Below, piece after piece: positions 1 through 9,420 of a stretch of DNA of 64,000 nt. How positions within the stretch are numbered: position 1 is the stretch's first letter; each line of letters starts with the position of its first letter. The notes under the pieces are model-generated. The model had not been told where the DNA came from and made no database searches. It saw nothing but the letters and a program-made list of their open reading frames with translations. The stretch is from Chloroflexota bacterium (GTDB taxonomy: Bacteria > Chloroflexota > Dehalococcoidia > Lucifugimonadales > UBA2985). Location: positions 64,083-128,082 of the forward strand of contig JAPPHY010000003.1 in the NCBI GenBank assembly GCA_028877205.1, in the 5' to 3' direction. Both the position numbers and the translations under genes were made by a program.

Positions 1-1495
1 TCATGTCGCCGAGGTAGGCGCTGGCAATCAGAGCTGCCGAAAAGACGAACTTGAAGTTGGACTCCGGCATGAACTGCGGGTCGCTGGCGTGCAGGCTGAG
101 GAAGTCGTCTGCAAGGTCGCGCACCTGGTTCGCCCGCTGGGCGGGTGTATGGACGGACTGAACCCTTTCCATCAGCACATCGATGGCCCCTGCTCGGCGC
201 CTCATTCCCGGGGTATTGAGCAGCAGTTTGGGCAGTGACTTTACGATGTAAACACTGAGAGCGCGTTCCTTGTACTTCAACAGGTCGTCTATGAGGTCCT
301 GGGACTCGACGCCCACGAAGAGCGGTGATAGCTGCGCGTTGACCACGTGTCGGGACGTTCTGCTTGCAGGCAGCGCGTCGCCGACATTCCAATTCGCCAT
401 TACTGCTCGACCGTTATTGCAGACTTTGTCCAGCTGCACCTCCAGCCGCTCACGCGAATAGGCCGGCTGCAGCGACTTCCGGAGCCTGAAGTGGTCCGCG
501 CCGTCCAGAGACGGCAGCACACCCGCCGCGCCGTAGACCTGCTCGAAGTCGTGGAAGTAGTCCCTGGTTCTCAGGTACATGCGGCCCTGTCGATGGGCCC
601 AGTGGTTGGTCTCCGGCCCTGCTATGAAGACGAGAGGTTCTTTGAAAGGGATGTTTATCTTGAAGACAGGGCCGTATTCCTTCGCAAGGTCTGCGAACAG
701 CGACGGCAGGTTGCCGTTCCTCAGCTGAGGCCTGGTCAGCAGACGCCGGACGGAAATAGAAGGGATCCTCTTGGTCAAGCCGCTGTGCCTGAGGTACGGT
801 GGCGCAAGGTTGTGGGACACCGCCTGCGCGAGCGACCTGCCAATCACGTCCAAATTACAGATGAAGGCGATACGCTCTTCGTCCTCGGCCTCAAGCGGGA
901 AGATGAAGCGGAAGATGTCGCAGGTATTGATCAGGCAGATGAGGATGATGTCCCTGGGGTCCGGGATCTCGTTGTTGAAGATTGCAACGGTGATGCGATT
1001 CTTGACGAAGTCAGCCGCCGAGAAGTCCGATGCGGAGTTGCCGGTCTCTCCGCGGAGCGTGGCGCGAGACAGAGTCCAGAAGTCGCCCTCATAGTGCTGA
1101 AGAATGTTCAGATCCACGAGCCGGTCAAGGGTGTGCTCGATGACCGAATCCGCAAGGGGAGCGAGCCGCTCAATCCAGTACTGTGTGGTGTGGTGGCCCG
1201 GTTCGGCGGCGATAGCTTCCAGGGCGGGATCGAGGGTCGGGTTGCCCGTCTCCGTCTTGTCTATCAGGAACAGCGACTCCAGATCCGTGTCTATGCGGTT
1301 CATGAGCGACAGTTCCGCAAGCACGGAGCCGATGACGACGCAATTCAGGTTCCAGCCCGGCACCTGATGGAAGTAGCCGTTCTCCTCGTTGAGGAGCATC
1401 AGGATCAATTCATCGGGCAGGCTCAACGTTATGCCCGTGCCTCGCTCCGATGCTACTGACGCAGGTCCTTGTCTTCGTTCCCTGCCGGATGCCAT
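1..1495 (-). CDS. GPP34/GOLPH3-like domain fused to a cytochrome P450-like domain (5' part only; the C-terminus runs off the left edge)
   Basis: Absent from the ORF track because no stop lies in the window. Manual minus-strand translation from ATG 1495..1493 (GGGGGTGG a few nt upstream) stays open to position 2. It reads MASGRERRQGPASV...LSLPDELILMLLNEENGYF...LAELSLMNRID (GPP34-type pattern), then ...LFADLAKEYGPVFKINIPFKEPLVFIAGPETNHW...LDGADHFRLRKSLQPAYS...DLADDFLSLH (P450 N-terminal pattern). The heme Cys loop is outside the window. Confidence 0.7.
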   Translation of the reverse strand, partial: MASGRERRQGPASVASERGTGITLSLPDELILMLLNEENGYFHQVPGWNLNCVVIGSVLAELSLMNRIDTDLESLFLIDKTETGNPTLDPALEAIAAEPGHHTTQYWIERLAPLADSVIEHTLDRLVDLNILQHYEGDFWTLSRATLRGETGNSASDFSAADFVKNRITVAIFNNEIPDPRDIILICLINTCDIFRFIFPLEAEDEERIAFICNLDVIGRSLAQAVSHNLAPPYLRHSGLTKRIPSISVRRLLTRPQLRNGNLPSLFADLAKEYGPVFKINIPFKEPLVFIAGPETNHWAHRQGRMYLRTRDYFHDFEQVYGAAGVLPSLDGADHFRLRKSLQPAYSRERLEVQLDKVCNNGRAVMANWNVGDALPASRTSRHVVNAQLSPLFVGVESQDLIDDLLKYKERALSVYIVKSLPKLLLNTPGMRRRAGAIDVLMERVQSVHTPAQRANQVRDLADDFLSLHASDPQFMPESNFKFVFSAALIASAYLGDM

Positions 1496-1782
1496 AAACC
1501 ACCCCCAAGCATTCCGCTACGCTCGCATTATACCATTCAGGCTTTAGGCGTGACAAATTTCGTAATCCTGTTCCGCGAGTCGCTGGAATAGGGCGTCTGG
1601 ACTGGCGTTGCGCCAGTATCTCGTATGGTATTAGGTCCTACGGCAAGTGCGGGCGGTTGAACGCCCCGCCTGCTGCGATATACAATCGTTGGCATAGGTG
1701 CAATCATACGAGAAGCCTTCGGGTCTCGATGTGGCGCCCAATCCTTACAGGCGAGCGGTGGAATCGCCCAGGTGACGTTAAG

Positions 1783-2538
1783 ATGCACTTGAAACACCGG
1801 GTCACCCTCTACTTCGGAGCCATTCTGCTGTCGGCCGCGCTCGCGTTATCGCTGGCCGCTTGCAGCGAACCCGAGCTGGTTGTGATCGCCACCAGCGGCG
1901 ACTACCATCCCTTCAACTTCGTCAACGACGATGGTGAGATAGACGGCCTGGAGCGTGAGATGGGTGAGGAGCTGTGCCGTCGCGCCGACCTGGCGTGCGA
2001 GTGGGTGCTGAACGACTGGGAGACCATGATCCCCGACCTTGTGGCGGAAGAGTTCGACGCTATCCTGGCCGGCATGAGCATCACCGCCGAACGGGAGGAG
2101 AGGATCGATTTTACGGAAGCCTACTACCCGCCGACGCCATCGGTGTACCTGGCGAGGGCCGGCGAAGGCGATGCCGCAATCCAGGGAACGATTGGGGCAA
2201 CCGCCAACACTATCTACTCAGACTACTTCACCGAGCAGGGCACTCCCTTCGTGTCACTGGATGGCTCGACAGACCTGGCGGATGCGCTGCTAAGCGGCGT
2301 AGTAGACGCCTCTCTCGTGGACCACGGTTACGCCGTGGAAAAGCTCGCCGAGTACGAGGGCCAAATAGCAATCGTTGGGCCGGAAGTTTCGCTCGACAGG
2401 GGCCTCGGGATCGGCGTCCGCAAGGGCGGCGGGCTGAAGGAAAAGCTCGACGAGGCCCTAGCGTCGATGAAGGCTGACGGCTCTCTGAACACGCTCCTGG
2501 TCAAGTGGGTGGGTGAGGGCTCATCCACTTTCGAGTAG
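1783..2538 (+). CDS. polar amino-acid ABC transporter substrate-binding lipoprotein (family 3 SBP)
   Basis: Internal ATG at 1783 gives MHLKHRVTLYFGAILLSAALALSLAAC, a signal peptide plus lipobox. The body has the GDYHPFNF...GLEREMGEELC...DAILAGMSITAEREE...VRKG pattern of His/Arg/Lys-type binding proteins. No permease or ATPase gene is adjacent. Confidence 0.85.
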   Translation: MHLKHRVTLYFGAILLSAALALSLAACSEPELVVIATSGDYHPFNFVNDDGEIDGLEREMGEELCRRADLACEWVLNDWETMIPDLVAEEFDAILAGMSITAEREERIDFTEAYYPPTPSVYLARAGEGDAAIQGTIGATANTIYSDYFTEQGTPFVSLDGSTDLADALLSGVVDASLVDHGYAVEKLAEYEGQIAIVGPEVSLDRGLGIGVRKGGGLKEKLDEALASMKADGSLNTLLVKWVGEGSSTFE

Positions 2539-2579
2539 GCGGCGCGTATTGATGCGGTAGAAGGCCCTGGCGGGGCGCA

Positions 2580-4337
2580 TCACGAATGCGCTTCGGGCTG
2601 CTCCCCTCCCCGGCCGGCTGCCACCCTCACGGACACGATTTCTACGTCGTGGTACTTCTGGTGGCTCACCGAGGTTGACAGGTGGCGCAGCAGGCGGAAG
2701 GAGATCTCGCGTTCGTCTGTGACTTCCGGCGCCTCGCCCAGGTAGGCGAGCCTGTCCTCCAGGTTCTCGCCCCCGGCCGCGGCGATGAACTCCACCTCGG
2801 CTTCGCGCCCCAGGCTGCGTGCCGTCGCGACCAGCCGGCGGCCCGCAGGCATATCCTGGTCCTCCGACGACATGCTGCGGAGGGTCTCCTCGCCCACGAG
2901 CACCAGCCGCTCGGCCGCGGAGGCATTCCACCCGGCGCCTATCGCAAAATCTCGCAGGAAATCGCTCACGCGCGGCAGGGTCTCGTCGTCGAGTTCAACC
3001 CGCAGTCGCTTCCTCCTTGGCCCGGTGAGCTCCAGGAACAGCATCATGATCACCGCCGCGATAGCGCCGGAGGTCATGCCGTTGCCCAGCAGAATCGCCA
3101 GAAAGCCGTCGCCCAGGAGATCGGGGAAGATCCAACCGTTCTGGAACCCCACGCCCAGCCAGAAGCTCAGTCCGGCGACAAGGGCCTTGCGATGGTCCAC
3201 GCCGTCCTGGATTACGATGCGCATTCCCTGCACGAAGAGAAGGGCAAGCAGGATCATGATGTACGCGGCCGCAACGGGCGAAGGTATGGCTATGAGCAGC
3301 GCCGCAATCTTGGGGAAGAACGCCAGGGCGAAGATGATCGCACCGATGATGATGCCCACGCGCCTTGCTCCGATGCCCGTCACCTCCGCGAGGGATATGC
3401 TCGTGGAGTACGTCGTATTGGGCAGGGTGCCGGCCAGTCCCGAAAGCAGATTGCCCGTGCCGTCCGCGTTTAGAGCGCCCTGCACAACCTGGAAATCGGT
3501 GGCCGGCGGGCGGCGGCGCGACACCCTCTGGATGGCAACGCCATCGCCTATGGTCTCGATAGCGCCCACGAGCGTCACCACGGCAAAGGCGGGAAGAAGC
3601 GCCCAGAATGCCGCATCCGGCTTCAGATCGAAGCCGGGCCAGTCGGCCAGAGGAGCACCGAACCACGAAGCGTCCTGAACAGTGCCCGTGTCGTACAAGC
3701 CGAATGGCGCGCCGACCGCGCAGCCCGCCGCGACTCCCAGCACGGGCGACCACAGGCGCAGGGACGGCGGCCCTCGAAGTATCAGTCCCGCGACCACCAG
3801 CAGCGTGGCACCGGCAGCCAGGGGAGCAGCCGCTTTGTCCGTGCCTTCGGGCACCTGCGTCAGCGAATCGAAGATGACCGGCGTAACGGTGGCGGTTATG
3901 AGCATTATGACCACGCCCGCGACCGTGGGTGTGAAGATCCGGCGGAGCAGGGACAGCCGAGCCGCCAAAAGAAACTGGAACAGCGATGAAATGACCACAA
4001 GGGTGGCCAGTTTTGCCGGCCCGGCCAGCTGAAGCGCGGCCACGCTGACCGCAATGAAGGCCCCGGACGTGCCCATTATGAGAACGTGCCCGGACCCAAA
4101 CCGCCCGATGCGCGCCGCCTGCAGCGCGGTGGTCAGGCCGCAGACCATCATCGCAGCGAACACACCCCACACCAGGTAGCTCTCCGACGCGCCGGCGATC
4201 CGCACTACGATAACGACGGTGAGGACAACCGGCGCCACAATGAGCGCTGCTGCCTGAGCCCCGGCGCCCAGCGCTACCAGCGGCGGCGGAACTTCATCCG
4301 GCTCGTAGCGGACATGCTCATTCACCAGGCTCGCCAT
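2580..4337 (-). CDS. NCS2 (xanthine/uracil/vitamin C permease) family transporter with an extra C-terminal cytoplasmic domain
   Basis: 585 aa. About 430 aa are multi-TM and Gly/Ala/Val-rich with permease-like segments (GTSGAFIAV, NTTYSTSISLAEVTG). A soluble tail of about 140 aa follows (RLRVELDDETLPRVSDFLRDFAIGAGW...EVEFIAAAGGENLEDR). Confidence 0.7.
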   Translation of the reverse strand: MASLVNEHVRYEPDEVPPPLVALGAGAQAAALIVAPVVLTVVIVVRIAGASESYLVWGVFAAMMVCGLTTALQAARIGRFGSGHVLIMGTSGAFIAVSVAALQLAGPAKLATLVVISSLFQFLLAARLSLLRRIFTPTVAGVVIMLITATVTPVIFDSLTQVPEGTDKAAAPLAAGATLLVVAGLILRGPPSLRLWSPVLGVAAGCAVGAPFGLYDTGTVQDASWFGAPLADWPGFDLKPDAAFWALLPAFAVVTLVGAIETIGDGVAIQRVSRRRPPATDFQVVQGALNADGTGNLLSGLAGTLPNTTYSTSISLAEVTGIGARRVGIIIGAIIFALAFFPKIAALLIAIPSPVAAAYIMILLALLFVQGMRIVIQDGVDHRKALVAGLSFWLGVGFQNGWIFPDLLGDGFLAILLGNGMTSGAIAAVIMMLFLELTGPRRKRLRVELDDETLPRVSDFLRDFAIGAGWNASAAERLVLVGEETLRSMSSEDQDMPAGRRLVATARSLGREAEVEFIAAAGGENLEDRLAYLGEAPEVTDEREISFRLLRHLSTSVSHQKYHDVEIVSVRVAAGRGGEQPEAHS

Positions 4338-4527
4338 GTTCTCCCATCTCGCATGCTCGAAAGCTCCGCGGCAGGTAGTTTCGCGGCTACGCCGTAGTTT
4401 GTTCCGGTTGAGGCCACGGCATCTTCGGGGCGTACCATCGGCGGACTCCGATGATTGAGGCGCGGAGTTGCGTCCACCAATACGCCGCGGCTCGGCGGGA
4501 AGGACCGGTTACGAAATCTACCTTCCG

Positions 4528-5364
4528 CTATTCCCTCGTGACTGCCACGCCGATTGCCCCCGGCCCCAGGTGAGTGCCTATCACCGGACCGAATCGTGAT
4601 TCCACTATGTTCTCCGGGGCCACCAGGTCGGCCAGCGCGCCCCTGAGCGCGCGAGCGTCGTCCGGGTCCGTTGTGTAGCTGACGTGAAGCCGGCTGATCG
4701 GCGCCAGGCTGCGGGCAAGACTCTCAATCCTGCCTACCGCCTTCCTTCTCGTTCTTGCACGCTCCACGGGATGGATAGCGCCGTCGCGGACGCTCAGGAT
4801 GGGCTTGAGCTGGAGCGCGCCGCCCATGAAGGCCTGTGCCTTTCCGATACGTCCGCCCTTGGCGAGGTACTTGAGAGTATCGACCATCACGTAGCCGGTC
4901 TGCCTTTCCACTCGCTCCTCCACCTGGTTTGCCACCTCGCGGTGGTCGTCAGAACCCTCAGCCAGACTGGCGGCCTCGAGGGCCAGCAGGCCGAGGGCGC
5001 CACCGGCCAGGAGCGAGTCCACCACGGCTATGCGGGAGGGATCCTTCGACATATCGCGGGCCTGGTTCGCAGAGTTGCAGGTCCCGCTCAGACTGGAGCT
5101 GATGTGCACCGACACCACCTCGTGACCCTCGTCCAGCAGCCGCTCGTAGACCTCCGCGAAGTCCGCGGCCGACGGCTGCGAGGTCGTGGGCAGGTCGGGC
5201 AGAGTCTGGAGGAGCTCGTAGAACCGGTCGGCGCTTATGTCAACGCCATCCCGGTACGTCTCTGTGCCCGCGTTGACGTAGAGGGGCACAACGGCAATGT
5301 CGCAGGCCAGGGCCGTGTCAGGGGGAAGATCCGAGCAGCTGTCGGTGACGATTCGTACGGACAT
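4528..5364 (-). CDS. DegV family fatty-acid-binding protein
   Basis: MSVRIVTDSCSDLPPD...VVPLYVN...TTSQPS...HISSSLSGT is the canonical DegV motif order. 278 aa. Confidence 0.9.
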   Translation of the reverse strand: MSVRIVTDSCSDLPPDTALACDIAVVPLYVNAGTETYRDGVDISADRFYELLQTLPDLPTTSQPSAADFAEVYERLLDEGHEVVSVHISSSLSGTCNSANQARDMSKDPSRIAVVDSLLAGGALGLLALEAASLAEGSDDHREVANQVEERVERQTGYVMVDTLKYLAKGGRIGKAQAFMGGALQLKPILSVRDGAIHPVERARTRRKAVGRIESLARSLAPISRLHVSYTTDPDDARALRGALADLVAPENIVESRFGPVIGTHLGPGAIGVAVTRE

Positions 5365-5596
5365 GAGACCTCCTTTGCGTTGCTAAGGATGGTAACGAAG
5401 GTCAAGGGCATTCTACCGCAATATGAAACGATTGCAAGGCTTGGCCGCGGTTGGGGCCGGCCCTTTCTGCCCTTGGGCACCTCGCGCTGCGCACTGACGA
5501 TGGGCACAAAGACTGCCCTTGACTACGGTCAACGCCGTGGTGAAGAATGCGATTAGACACCTTGCAACCGGCTTAGGGCAGAGGTAATCCCCGCAC

Positions 5597-6130
5597 ATGA
5601 CGTCACCTGCAGACAACGACCGCCCCATACCCAACAGCTACTGGGTGCTGCCGGGGAAGTTCGTCGCCGGGGAGTATCCCGGAGACATCTTCCGTTCGAA
5701 TGCGAGGGAGAAGCTGAGCGGCCTCCTTGGTGCCGGCGTCAATCGCTTCATCGATCTGACCGAGGAAGGGGAGCTGAGCTCGTACCGCGAGCTGGCGCAG
5801 GGGGAAGCGGCGAAGCTATCCCGGTCGTTCGACTGGGAGCGCCACCCCATTGTCGACAGGTCCACTCCCCACCGGACGCGGATGGTCGAGATACTGGACG
5901 CAATCGACTGTGCGATGGAGCGGGGCGAGACGGTCTACGTTCACTGCTGGGGAGGAGTTGGGCGCACGGGCACCGTGGTCGGATGCTGGCTCCGCCGCCG
6001 GGGCTACACGGGTGAGGAGGCCCTGGCCCAGATCGCGACGTGGTGGCAGGGCGTGGCGAAGCGTCATCGACGGCCGCGGTCGCCAGAGACGTCTGCACAG
6101 CGCGAGTACATTATGGACTGGGCCGAGTAG
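5597..6130 (+). CDS. Cys-based (dual-specificity/PTP-like) phosphatase
   Basis: Signature P-loop VHCWGGVGRTGTVVGC (HCxxGxxRT). 177 aa. Confidence 0.8.
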   Translation: MTSPADNDRPIPNSYWVLPGKFVAGEYPGDIFRSNAREKLSGLLGAGVNRFIDLTEEGELSSYRELAQGEAAKLSRSFDWERHPIVDRSTPHRTRMVEILDAIDCAMERGETVYVHCWGGVGRTGTVVGCWLRRRGYTGEEALAQIATWWQGVAKRHRRPRSPETSAQREYIMDWAE

Positions 6131-6149
6131 CTGGGGTGGCTGGACAGCG

Positions 6150-7091
6150 ATGAAACAACCCACGGCCAAAGATCGCTTCCGCGGCTGCCTCCTCGGCCTT
6201 GCGGCGTGCGACGCCCTCGGCACGACGCTTGAGTTTGCGGCGCCTGGCACCTTCGAGCCAATAGAGGACATGGTGGGCGGTGGACCGTTCCGGCTGCGGC
6301 CCGGCCAGTGGACTGACGACACTTCCATGGCGCTCTGCCTGGCGGCCAGCCTGCTGGAGTGCGGGGGATTCGACGCGCTGGACCAGATGCAGCGGTACGT
6401 GCGGTGGTGGCGCGAGGGCTACATGTCCTCGACGGGCCGCAACTTTGACATAGGCAACACGGTCAGGGCCTCACTGGAGCGGTTTGAGGCGACCGGCCAA
6501 TCCTACGCCGGTATAACGGACAGGAACTCTGCCGGCAACGGCTCGCTCATGCGTCTGGCACCCGTGCCGATGTACTACGCAGGTGACGCCGCCGCGGCAA
6601 TCAAACACGCTGCGCTGAGCTCCAGGACCACGCACGGCGCTCCCCAGGCCGTCGATGCCTGCCGGTACTTCGCCGGCCTGCTCGTGGGCGCGCTGAGCGG
6701 CGTTGATAAGCGCACGCTGCTGGCTCCGGGCTACTGTCCCGTCGATGGGCTGTGGGACAACGCACCGCTTGACAAGGAGATTGCGGAGGTTGCCGGAGGC
6801 TCGTTCGCCCGTAGGGAGCCGCCGGAGATCGTGGGGGCGGGGTACGTCGTCAAAGCACTGGAGGAGGCGCTCTGGGCGTTCAACAAGTTGCGCAACTTCC
6901 GCGAGGGCGCGCTGCTGGCGGTCAACCTTGGCGACGACGCCGACACGACCGGCGCGATCTATGGACAGATAGCGGGCGCGTGCTACGGCGCCGATGCCAT
7001 CCCGGCGGAGTGGCGCTCTCGGCTCGCAATGGCGGACAGGATAACCGCGATGGCGGACGCGCTATGCGAAGCGTCCGGAATCGGAGGCTGA
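6150..7091 (+). CDS. ADP-ribosylglycohydrolase family protein
   Basis: Internal ATG at 6150 gives MKQPTAKDRFRGCLLGLAACDALGTTLEF...GQWTDDTSMALC...GNGSLMRLAPV...GDDADTTGAIYGQIAGA, the typical ARH/DraG motifs. The long N-terminal extension in the ORF track overlaps the phosphatase gene and is rejected. Confidence 0.85.
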   Translation: MKQPTAKDRFRGCLLGLAACDALGTTLEFAAPGTFEPIEDMVGGGPFRLRPGQWTDDTSMALCLAASLLECGGFDALDQMQRYVRWWREGYMSSTGRNFDIGNTVRASLERFEATGQSYAGITDRNSAGNGSLMRLAPVPMYYAGDAAAAIKHAALSSRTTHGAPQAVDACRYFAGLLVGALSGVDKRTLLAPGYCPVDGLWDNAPLDKEIAEVAGGSFARREPPEIVGAGYVVKALEEALWAFNKLRNFREGALLAVNLGDDADTTGAIYGQIAGACYGADAIPAEWRSRLAMADRITAMADALCEASGIGG

Positions 7092-7133
7092 TTGGGGGCA
7101 GCGACGGTGAGGGATGTCCAAAGGGGGAACGCG

Positions 7134-7610
7134 ATGAGTCCCAAAGAGTCCAGGAGTCGTATGAAGCCAGCCAAGCAGCAGGTCGCTGGAGACGCCGACC
7201 CGAACCAGGTAGTGCTCCTTTCGGGCGGCAATCCGCAGATCGCCAAGGCCGATGGGGACGCGCCGGTGCAGGCCTACATCGCAGCGATGCCCGGCTGGAA
7301 GAGCGCCTCGGGCCGCCGCCTGGACGAGCTAATCGTGCGCAACGTGCCGGGCGTGCGCAAGGCCGTGAGGTGGAACTCGCCATTCTACGGCGTCGAAGGC
7401 CAGGGCTGGTTTCTCAGCTACCACTGCTTCGACAGGTACATCAAGGTGTGCTTCCTCTTCGGCAAGTCGCTGACTCCCATGCCTCCCGTCGACTCGAAGG
7501 ACAAGGACGCCCGCTACTACCACGTCTACGAAGACGGCCACATAGACGAGGAGCTCTTTGGGAGATGGGTGCGACAGGCGGCCGCCATTCCCGGCTGGCC
7601 CGGGTTCTGA
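7134..7610 (+). CDS. DUF1801 (YdhG-like) domain protein
   Basis: ATG at 7134 sits behind AGGGGG. The sequence ...VRKAVRWNSPFYGVEGQGWFLSYHCFDRYIKVCF... resembles the DUF1801 family as I recall it. Confidence 0.65.
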   Translation: MSPKESRSRMKPAKQQVAGDADPNQVVLLSGGNPQIAKADGDAPVQAYIAAMPGWKSASGRRLDELIVRNVPGVRKAVRWNSPFYGVEGQGWFLSYHCFDRYIKVCFLFGKSLTPMPPVDSKDKDARYYHVYEDGHIDEELFGRWVRQAAAIPGWPGF

Positions 7611-7732
7611 GGCGTACCGAACCTCGTTAGGTACCTCTGCAGCCGCAGCGCGCACCCCAAAACCCGCCTCGCCTGTAGACCGGCCGAGACGCCCCGCAGT
7701 ATGATTACTGTAAAGAAATAGCGCGAATTGCC

Positions 7733-9334
7733 ATGAAAAAGAGAGCGGTTACATTCGGAGCGGTCATCGCCGCCGTCGTAGTTGCCCTTGCCGGTCTGGG
7801 CGCTTTCGTCGTGGCGCAGATCCTGACGCATCCACCGGAGGACACCGCCAGGTTCCTGCCTGAGGAAACGGCCTTCTACGCCTCGCTGAACCTGCGGCCA
7901 GGGGTAGACCAGCTCACCCAGGCCGTGGACGTCCTCGACCGCTTCAAGGAGAACCCCGAGTTCGAGCTGAAGCTGGACGAGTTCTACGACCAGATTGAGG
8001 AGGAGCTGGGCATCGACGTCGAGGCCGACGTCTTCCCCTGGATCGGGCCTGAGGTGTCGATGGCCATCCCGAACTTCGACGGGATTGACGATGCGCCGGA
8101 CGTTGTCGCCTTCATCGGCGCCACCGATCGCGCTGCGGCCGAGGCGGCGGTCCGCAAGCTGGTCGCCCGCGCCGAGTCGGAAGACTCGCCGTTCACGGAG
8201 ACGCAGACGCGCGGCCACCTCTCGTTCATCGGCGAGGAGAGCGACGACCTGCCGAAGTACATAGTCCTCACCGACGACTACATCGTGTTCGCCACCTCGG
8301 AGGAGCTGCTGACGGACACGCTCGACAGGATGGAGCCGGACTACACCGGCCCCACCCTGCTGGACAAGCCCGGCTTCCAGGGGGCCCGGTCCGCTGCCCA
8401 GAGCCCGCGCTTCGGCATCCTGTACGTGGATTTGTCCGCGGTGCTAAGCGGCGCGGGTGAAGTGGACCTGGAGGACTTCGGTGTCCTTGGGCTGGTGGGT
8501 GACCAGGCGCCGGAATTCGTGGTGGCCTCCCTTGCTTTCTTCGACGGAGGAGTCCGGGTCGCCACTTCCTTCGACACAACCGACGACTCGCTCGTCGCGC
8601 CGTCGCCCAACACCCTGGCGTCGGCGTCGCTGGCGCCGCACGACGCGCTCGCGCTGGTGTCCTTCGTCGGGCTGCGAGAGGCGTGGGAGGCCTACGCGGA
8701 CGATACGGCCGAAATCGACGAGCTCTTCGATACGGTGGGACAGGAGCTGGGCATCGACATAGAGGACGACATACTCAGCTGGGTGTCCGGCGAGCTGGCA
8801 GCGGCCGTGCTGCTTCCCGAGGGCGCCACATTGGGCATTGAGGAGATCCACGCCAACCTCTACGTTGAGTTCGACGATCGAGAGGCCGCGCTGTCCGGCC
8901 TCGGCAAGGTGCGGACTCTGCTCGAGAGCAGCGGCCTTGCGTTCCGCGACACCAGCATCGGCGGTTACGATGCCGTGATGGCCGGCGCGGGTGATGCAGG
9001 CGACGTGCTGGGCCTCTCGCCCGGGTACGTCGTGCTGGACAGGTACGTTGTCATCGGCACGTCGGAGGAGTCGCTGCGGCAGGCGGTCGCGGCCAAGAGC
9101 GGGGAAGTCGCCACGCTGGCGCAGGCCCCGGCGTTCACTCGGCCCGTGGAGGCCGCGGGAGGCACGGCGGACTACATGGTGTACGCCAACATCGAGCGGA
9201 TAGTGGAGGCGTTGATGGCGGAGAGCGAAGAGGATGACTTCGCCCAGCTTCTTGAGCCCCTGCAGGCGATACTGCTCAGCGCAACGGCCGGCGAGGACGT
9301 GTCTACCTACGGCGCGGTGCTCACCATCGACTAG
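7733..9334 (+). CDS. membrane-anchored extracytoplasmic protein of unknown function (DUF3352-like)
   Basis: N-terminal TM anchor MKKRAVTFGAVIAAVVVALAGLGAFVV, followed by an acidic ~500-aa domain. The FLPEETAFYASLNLRPG start resembles DUF3352 proteins (from memory). Confidence 0.55.
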   Translation: MKKRAVTFGAVIAAVVVALAGLGAFVVAQILTHPPEDTARFLPEETAFYASLNLRPGVDQLTQAVDVLDRFKENPEFELKLDEFYDQIEEELGIDVEADVFPWIGPEVSMAIPNFDGIDDAPDVVAFIGATDRAAAEAAVRKLVARAESEDSPFTETQTRGHLSFIGEESDDLPKYIVLTDDYIVFATSEELLTDTLDRMEPDYTGPTLLDKPGFQGARSAAQSPRFGILYVDLSAVLSGAGEVDLEDFGVLGLVGDQAPEFVVASLAFFDGGVRVATSFDTTDDSLVAPSPNTLASASLAPHDALALVSFVGLREAWEAYADDTAEIDELFDTVGQELGIDIEDDILSWVSGELAAAVLLPEGATLGIEEIHANLYVEFDDREAALSGLGKVRTLLESSGLAFRDTSIGGYDAVMAGAGDAGDVLGLSPGYVVLDRYVVIGTSEESLRQAVAAKSGEVATLAQAPAFTRPVEAAGGTADYMVYANIERIVEALMAESEEDDFAQLLEPLQAILLSATAGEDVSTYGAVLTID

Positions 9335-9420
9335 CGGCCCGGCTCGGTCGGCGTTTCCCGGGCTGTTCGAGTGAGGCAGTTAGCTTGAGCACCACGGTCG
9401 GCTCCCGAGCGCATCACTCC

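Noticed and set aside
347-1459. 370-aa + strand ORF, the only long ORF offered by the track at the left edge
   Set aside because: It is the antisense shadow of the minus-strand GPP34/P450-like gene. It is Arg/Val/Gln-rich with no recognisable motif, whereas the opposite strand translates into two recognisable domains with a good SD.
2995-4170. 391-aa minus-strand ORF, plus several + strand ORFs, overlapping the NCS2 permease
   Set aside because: These are alternative-frame or antisense ORFs typical of high-GC DNA, with Arg/Gly/Ala/Pro-rich composition. The 585-aa frame gives a coherent multi-TM permease.
4338-4527. Looked for a purine riboswitch in the 190-nt leader of the NCS2-type permease
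   Set aside because: I could not find the conserved three-way-junction core (UAUA...GGAU/UGG...CCGUAAAU-like) on the minus strand, only generic hairpins. I cannot exclude another RNA element without a covariance-model scan.
7089-7136. The ADP-ribosylglycohydrolase and DUF1801 ORFs are in the same frame, separated by a single TGA. Considered as a Sec or readthrough fusion.
   Set aside because: Sharing a frame has a one-in-three chance. The 14 codons after the TGA are not conserved-looking. DUF1801 has its own ATG with an SD at 7134. No hairpin follows the TGA, and no Cys-homologue logic applies.
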